DNA from: Candidatus Omnitrophota bacterium
Lineage (GTDB): Bacteria; Omnitrophota; Gorgyraeia; Zapsychrales; Fredricksoniimonadaceae
Direction of reading: 5' to 3'
Length of the DNA: 64,000 bases
Assembly: GCA_903944345.1 (NCBI GenBank)
Contig: CAJARJ010000005.1
Span: forward strand, 7,890-71,889
Shown here: positions 60,372-64,000 of the stretch, one piece after another
Numbering within the stretch: the stretch's first letter is position 1
Layout: every line of letters starts with the position of its first letter
Notes under the pieces: generated by a model
Databases searched by the model: none
What the model was told of the DNA's origin: nothing
What the model saw: only the letters and a program-made list of their open reading frames with translations
Program-made: the position numbers and the translations under genes

Positions 60372-61745
60372 ATGAACCTGCGTTTATATCTTTCGCGCCA
60401 TTTGTTCAGCTCTCCGACCAGGATGGCCGTCATTGGCTTTCTTTCGCTGCTGACTACGGGAACATTCCTATTATCCTTGCCTGCGGCAACTGTCTCGGGG
60501 GATATAAGGCTGATCGACGCATTTTTTACAACCGTCTCGGCGGCCAGTGTGACGGGGTTGGCTACGATTGACATCGGAACATCTTTTACTCTTTTTGGGC
60601 AGATTATTATCCTTCTCACCGTACAAATCGGGGGAGTAGGGATCATGGCATTTTCAACGTTCTTTATTCTGATGGCTGGGCGAAAACCTGGTCTTCTTGA
60701 CGGAACAACCCTGAAAGACAGCTACACCCAGTCAGGAGAACATCATCCGGTTGATATATTAAAAAATATCATTTTTTTTACTTTTGCCATTGAAGGCATC
60801 GGGACACTTCTGCTCTTTTTACGTTTCATTCAGCAATATTCACCGCTGAAAGCATTTTATTTTGCAATTTTTCATTCAGTAGCCGCCTTTTGTAATGCTG
60901 GTTTTGCTCTTTTTCCTGACAATCTTATGTCTTATCGCGCTGACTGGTATGTCAATCTGGTCCTGGCCTTTCTTATCATTCTTGGCGGGATCGGTTTTCT
61001 TGTCTTTTTCGACCTGAGACGTTCTTTTTTATCGAAACGCTCTACGTGGGTTGAGATGAGCCTGCACTCCCGCTTAATCATTGTCACGACTGCATCCCTG
61101 CTTGTCGTAAGCACTTTGGCCATTCTTTGGCTGGAACGTAACAACACCATGCTGAACTTACCCTTGAACGAAAAAGTCCTGGCATCTTTCTTTGAAGCTG
61201 TCACTGCCCGGACTGCCGGTTTTAATACCATAGATCATTCCCTGATGGCCAGTGAGACCCTCTTTTTTATCATAATCCTTATGTTTATTGGCGGGGGAGC
61301 CGGCTCTTGCGCTGGCGGTGTCAAGATTTCTTCTGTCGGAGTTCTTTTACTAACGGGCATATCGCATTTACGCGGTTATGAACGTCCTCAAATCTTTCGT
61401 CGTTCCATCAGCCGCTCTTCCATTGAAAAAGCCTTCAGTGCGGTTTTATTAAGCTCGATTGCCGTTGTATTTCTTAGTCTGCTGGTCGCGGTTGTCGAGG
61501 AATTTAACCCCGCAATGCCTGCAGGCCGCGAAAAATTTCTTGAACTTATGTTTGAATCGGTGAGTGCTTTTGGCACAGTCGGACTTTCGACAGGAGTAAC
61601 ACCAAAATTCACGGATACAGGAAAATTCTTGTTGTGTATTCTTATGGCCATTGGCAAACTTGGCCCGTTAACACTGGCTCTGGCGGTCAGCCGACGCCGA
61701 ACCAAGAAGTTTTATTATTCAGAAGAAAATATCATGGTGGGATAA
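60372..61745 (+). CDS. trkH: Trk/Ktr-type potassium uptake membrane subunit
   Basis: 457 aa polytopic membrane protein with repeated pore-loop GxG motifs (TVQIGGVG, GGGAGSCAGG). Confidence 0.85.
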   Translation: MNLRLYLSRHLFSSPTRMAVIGFLSLLTTGTFLLSLPAATVSGDIRLIDAFFTTVSAASVTGLATIDIGTSFTLFGQIIILLTVQIGGVGIMAFSTFFILMAGRKPGLLDGTTLKDSYTQSGEHHPVDILKNIIFFTFAIEGIGTLLLFLRFIQQYSPLKAFYFAIFHSVAAFCNAGFALFPDNLMSYRADWYVNLVLAFLIILGGIGFLVFFDLRRSFLSKRSTWVEMSLHSRLIIVTTASLLVVSTLAILWLERNNTMLNLPLNEKVLASFFEAVTARTAGFNTIDHSLMASETLFFIIILMFIGGGAGSCAGGVKISSVGVLLLTGISHLRGYERPQIFRRSISRSSIEKAFSAVLLSSIAVVFLSLLVAVVEEFNPAMPAGREKFLELMFESVSAFGTVGLSTGVTPKFTDTGKFLLCILMAIGKLGPLTLALAVSRRRTKKFYYSEENIMVG

Positions 61746-61766
61746 CCCGCCGACAAGGAGAAAGCA

Positions 61767-62420
61767 ATGAAACAAGTCGTGATTATCGGTCTGGGCAACT
61801 TCGGCCACTTTCTCGCGAGGGAACTCTTCAGCAAAGGCTATGATGTCATGGCGATTGACAAGAATTCCGCCCGCGTCCAGGAGATCCAGGACAATGTCAC
61901 CCAGGCGATTGTGGCAGACGCAACTGATATATCCACGCTCCAGGATATAGGAGTAGACCGTGCCGACCTGGTTGTCATCTGCATCGGCACGCATCTTAGC
62001 GAGTCCATCCTGACAACCCTAAACGTCAAGGATCTTGGTGTCAAAAAGGTTTACGCCAAAGCCATGACCGAAGCCCACGGACGTATCCTTGAAAAAGTCG
62101 GAGCCACTGAAATATTCTATCCGGAGAAAGATCTGGCTATTGCCGTTGCCAGAAAGATCACTGACCCCAACATGATCGACTATATTCCGTTTATCGAAGG
62201 CTATACCATCGTTGAACTGGCTCCACCGCCGGCTTTTATCGGCTCAAAACTCAAGGATGTTAATCTGATTAATAAATACGGGGTTCAGGTTATGGCGATC
62301 AAGGACGTGATCAACGATAACCTGAATATTATTCCGACAGGGGATTATATTATTAAAGACAGCGACTTGTTGATTATGCTCGGGAAAAAAGAGAACATTG
62401 AACGCTTGCGGGCCAAATAA
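61767..62420 (+). CDS. trkA: Trk/Ktr NAD-binding regulatory subunit (RCK_N + RCK_C)
   Basis: IIGLGNFGHFLAREL Rossmann motif; AAGGAG RBS. Confidence 0.8.
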   Translation: MKQVVIIGLGNFGHFLARELFSKGYDVMAIDKNSARVQEIQDNVTQAIVADATDISTLQDIGVDRADLVVICIGTHLSESILTTLNVKDLGVKKVYAKAMTEAHGRILEKVGATEIFYPEKDLAIAVARKITDPNMIDYIPFIEGYTIVELAPPPAFIGSKLKDVNLINKYGVQVMAIKDVINDNLNIIPTGDYIIKDSDLLIMLGKKENIERLRAK

Positions 62421-62424
62421 TGAA

Positions 62425-63798
62425 TCAGAGGCCCTTGAACTCTACCGCAATTTTCTGAACCACATCTTTTGCGTCGCCAAAAATCATACGGGTATTATCG
62501 TAATAGAAAAGCTCGTTCTCCACTCCGGCAAAGCCGGTATTCATCGAACGCTTTATAACAAAAACCGTTTTAGCCTTGAACGTTTCAATAATGGGCATTC
62601 CGTATATCGGGGAGGCTTTGTCGGTCATTGCTGCCGGATTAACCGTGTCATTGGCACCAACCACAATACAGACATCCACCGAGTCCATAGTCGGATTGAT
62701 ATTATCCATTTCCACCAACTGCTCATAGGGAACATTAGCTTCAGCCAGAAGAACATTCATATGACCCGGCATGCGGCCGGCAACCGGATGAATGGCATAC
62801 TTGACATCGGCTCCGTTTTTCTGTAACAATTCTCCCAACTCACGGACAACATGCTGGGCTTGAGCGACCGCAAGTCCGTATCCAGGCACAATAACCACCG
62901 AGCGGGCGGCTTCTAGCACCAGAAACGCATCCTGGGCAGAAACAGATTTTATCTCGCCTTTAACCGTACCCGAAATCTTCTTCTTTGCTGTACTAAACCC
63001 GCTAAAAAGAACATTGGACAGGGAACGGTTCATGGCCTTGCACATGATTTGGGTAAGAATAATCCCGCTTGCTCCAACCAGAGTTCCCGTGACAATCAGA
63101 ATGCTGTTCATGATTACAAAACCGGAAGCGCAGGCAGCAAGACCGGAATAACTGTTGAGAAGCGAGATGACCACAGGCATATCGGCTCCGCCAATAGGAA
63201 TGACAGAAGTCACGCCCAAGAGGAGAGATAAAACAAGAATGCCAAGAAAGACAGGATAAGACTGCGCAGGATGCCAGCAGTATATCACTCCTGCCAGCAT
63301 TAAAAGGACAAGAAGACCAGTGTTAAACCACTTCTGACCATTAAAAAGAATAGGCTTGGCGGAAAAAACACCATTTAATTTCCCCCAGGCAATCAGCGAC
63401 CCGGTAAACGTTACGCCGCCAATAAGAACAGTCAAGAAAGTTGAAACAGAAGTAAACAAATCACTGCGTGGGGTGAAATGATATGTGCTCCAGGCAACAA
63501 GCAGGGAAGCCAGGCCGCCAAAACCGTTAAGAATAGCCACCATTTCCGGCATTTGCGTCATTGCAACTGCATACGCCCAGAAAACACCAATAATTGTTCC
63601 AATCACAGCCCCGATAAGAATCCACTCAAATTCAAGCCCCTGGTTAAAAAGGGTTGCTGTAACGGCAAGCAGCATCGCCACGGCGGAAAGCAAATTTCCA
63701 TTTCGCGCGCTGTCCGGATGCGACATCATTTTGAGTCCCCAAATAAAAGCCGCAGCGGATAAAATATAAATAATATTGATCCAGAAATACGAATTCAT
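62425..63798 (-). CDS. pntB: NAD(P) transhydrogenase subunit beta
   Basis: 457 aa on the - strand; multi-TM N-half and C-terminal NADP(H) domain GYGLAVAQAQH...AGRMPGHMNVLLAEA. Confidence 0.9.
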   Translation of the reverse strand: MNSYFWINIIYILSAAAFIWGLKMMSHPDSARNGNLLSAVAMLLAVTATLFNQGLEFEWILIGAVIGTIIGVFWAYAVAMTQMPEMVAILNGFGGLASLLVAWSTYHFTPRSDLFTSVSTFLTVLIGGVTFTGSLIAWGKLNGVFSAKPILFNGQKWFNTGLLVLLMLAGVIYCWHPAQSYPVFLGILVLSLLLGVTSVIPIGGADMPVVISLLNSYSGLAACASGFVIMNSILIVTGTLVGASGIILTQIMCKAMNRSLSNVLFSGFSTAKKKISGTVKGEIKSVSAQDAFLVLEAARSVVIVPGYGLAVAQAQHVVRELGELLQKNGADVKYAIHPVAGRMPGHMNVLLAEANVPYEQLVEMDNINPTMDSVDVCIVVGANDTVNPAAMTDKASPIYGMPIIETFKAKTVFVIKRSMNTGFAGVENELFYYDNTRMIFGDAKDVVQKIAVEFKGL

Positions 63799-64000
63799 GT
63801 CTTTTTACCTTTGCCTTGTTCCCTGGATTTAAACATTTTTAACATGCGGTCAGTGACCAGATAGCCTCCAACCACATTGATCATTGCGGCCGCAACCGCC
63901 AACGTCCCCAGAAGAGAACAGAACCAGCTGCCCGGAGTAGCCCCGGCGGCAAGAATTGCGCCCACAATAGTAATACCGGAGATAGCGTTTGAACCGGACA
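63795..64000 (-). CDS. pntA: NAD(P) transhydrogenase alpha subunit, C-terminal membrane part (5' end outside window)
   Basis: Reverse-complement translation ...AMINVVGGYLVTDRMLKMFKSREQGKGKKT*; stop overlaps the pntB ATG (ATGA). Confidence 0.75.
   Translation of the reverse strand, partial: SGSNAISGITIVGAILAAGATPGSWFCSLLGTLAVAAAMINVVGGYLVTDRMLKMFKSREQGKGKKT

Overview
This is a 64 kb bacterial chromosomal core region, judged from sequence alone. It is almost entirely co-directional: every supported gene lies on the + strand until the last ~1.6 kb, where pntB and a partial pntA sit on the - strand. Many neighbouring genes overlap by ATGA or TGATG junctions, indicating translational coupling. 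Gene order: metX(5' partial)-metW, xseA-xseB, a small membrane protein, Rieske, HIT, a menaquinone cluster (menA-menC-degenerate menE-like-hotdog thioesterase), Fe/Mn superoxide dismutase, RluA-family pseudouridine synthase, a glycine-rich RRM RNA-binding protein, a Spy/CpxP-like periplasmic protein, a four-gene signalling module (7TM/GAF histidine kinase, REC-only regulator, REC regulator with unknown N-domain, hypothetical), CCA-adding enzyme, TerB-like protein, amtB-glnK, recA-recX-alaS fused directly onto hisD-hisB-hisH-hisA-[TMTC-like TPR membrane glycosyltransferase]-hisF, a GIY-YIG(YhbQ-like)::TrpE in-frame fusion, rpsP, yajC, fused secDF, a short Mfd, surA-like-pdxA-ksgA, a thioesterase, an orphan HAMP histidine kinase, gatCAB, ctpA, yibQ-like, tsaD, a bactofilin::HTH fusion followed by a paralogous HTH with a C-terminal membrane anchor, a CAU-anticodon tRNA, tilS, ftsH, folP, cdaA plus a 33-codon cdaR remnant, pdxJ-acpS-nnrD, a complete F-type ATP synthase operon (atpBEFHAGDC), trkH-trkA, and convergent pntB/pntA. 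No CRISPR array, integrase, transposase or obvious defence island was seen. The most unusual items are the bactofilin::HTH / HTH::TM gene pair, the YhbQ::TrpE fusion, the AT-rich TMTC-like gene embedded in the his operon, the Mfd lacking its N- and C-terminal domains, the cdaR remnant and the decayed MenE. All coordinates were read by hand from the printed sequence, and start codons were chosen by ribosome-binding-site and overlap logic.
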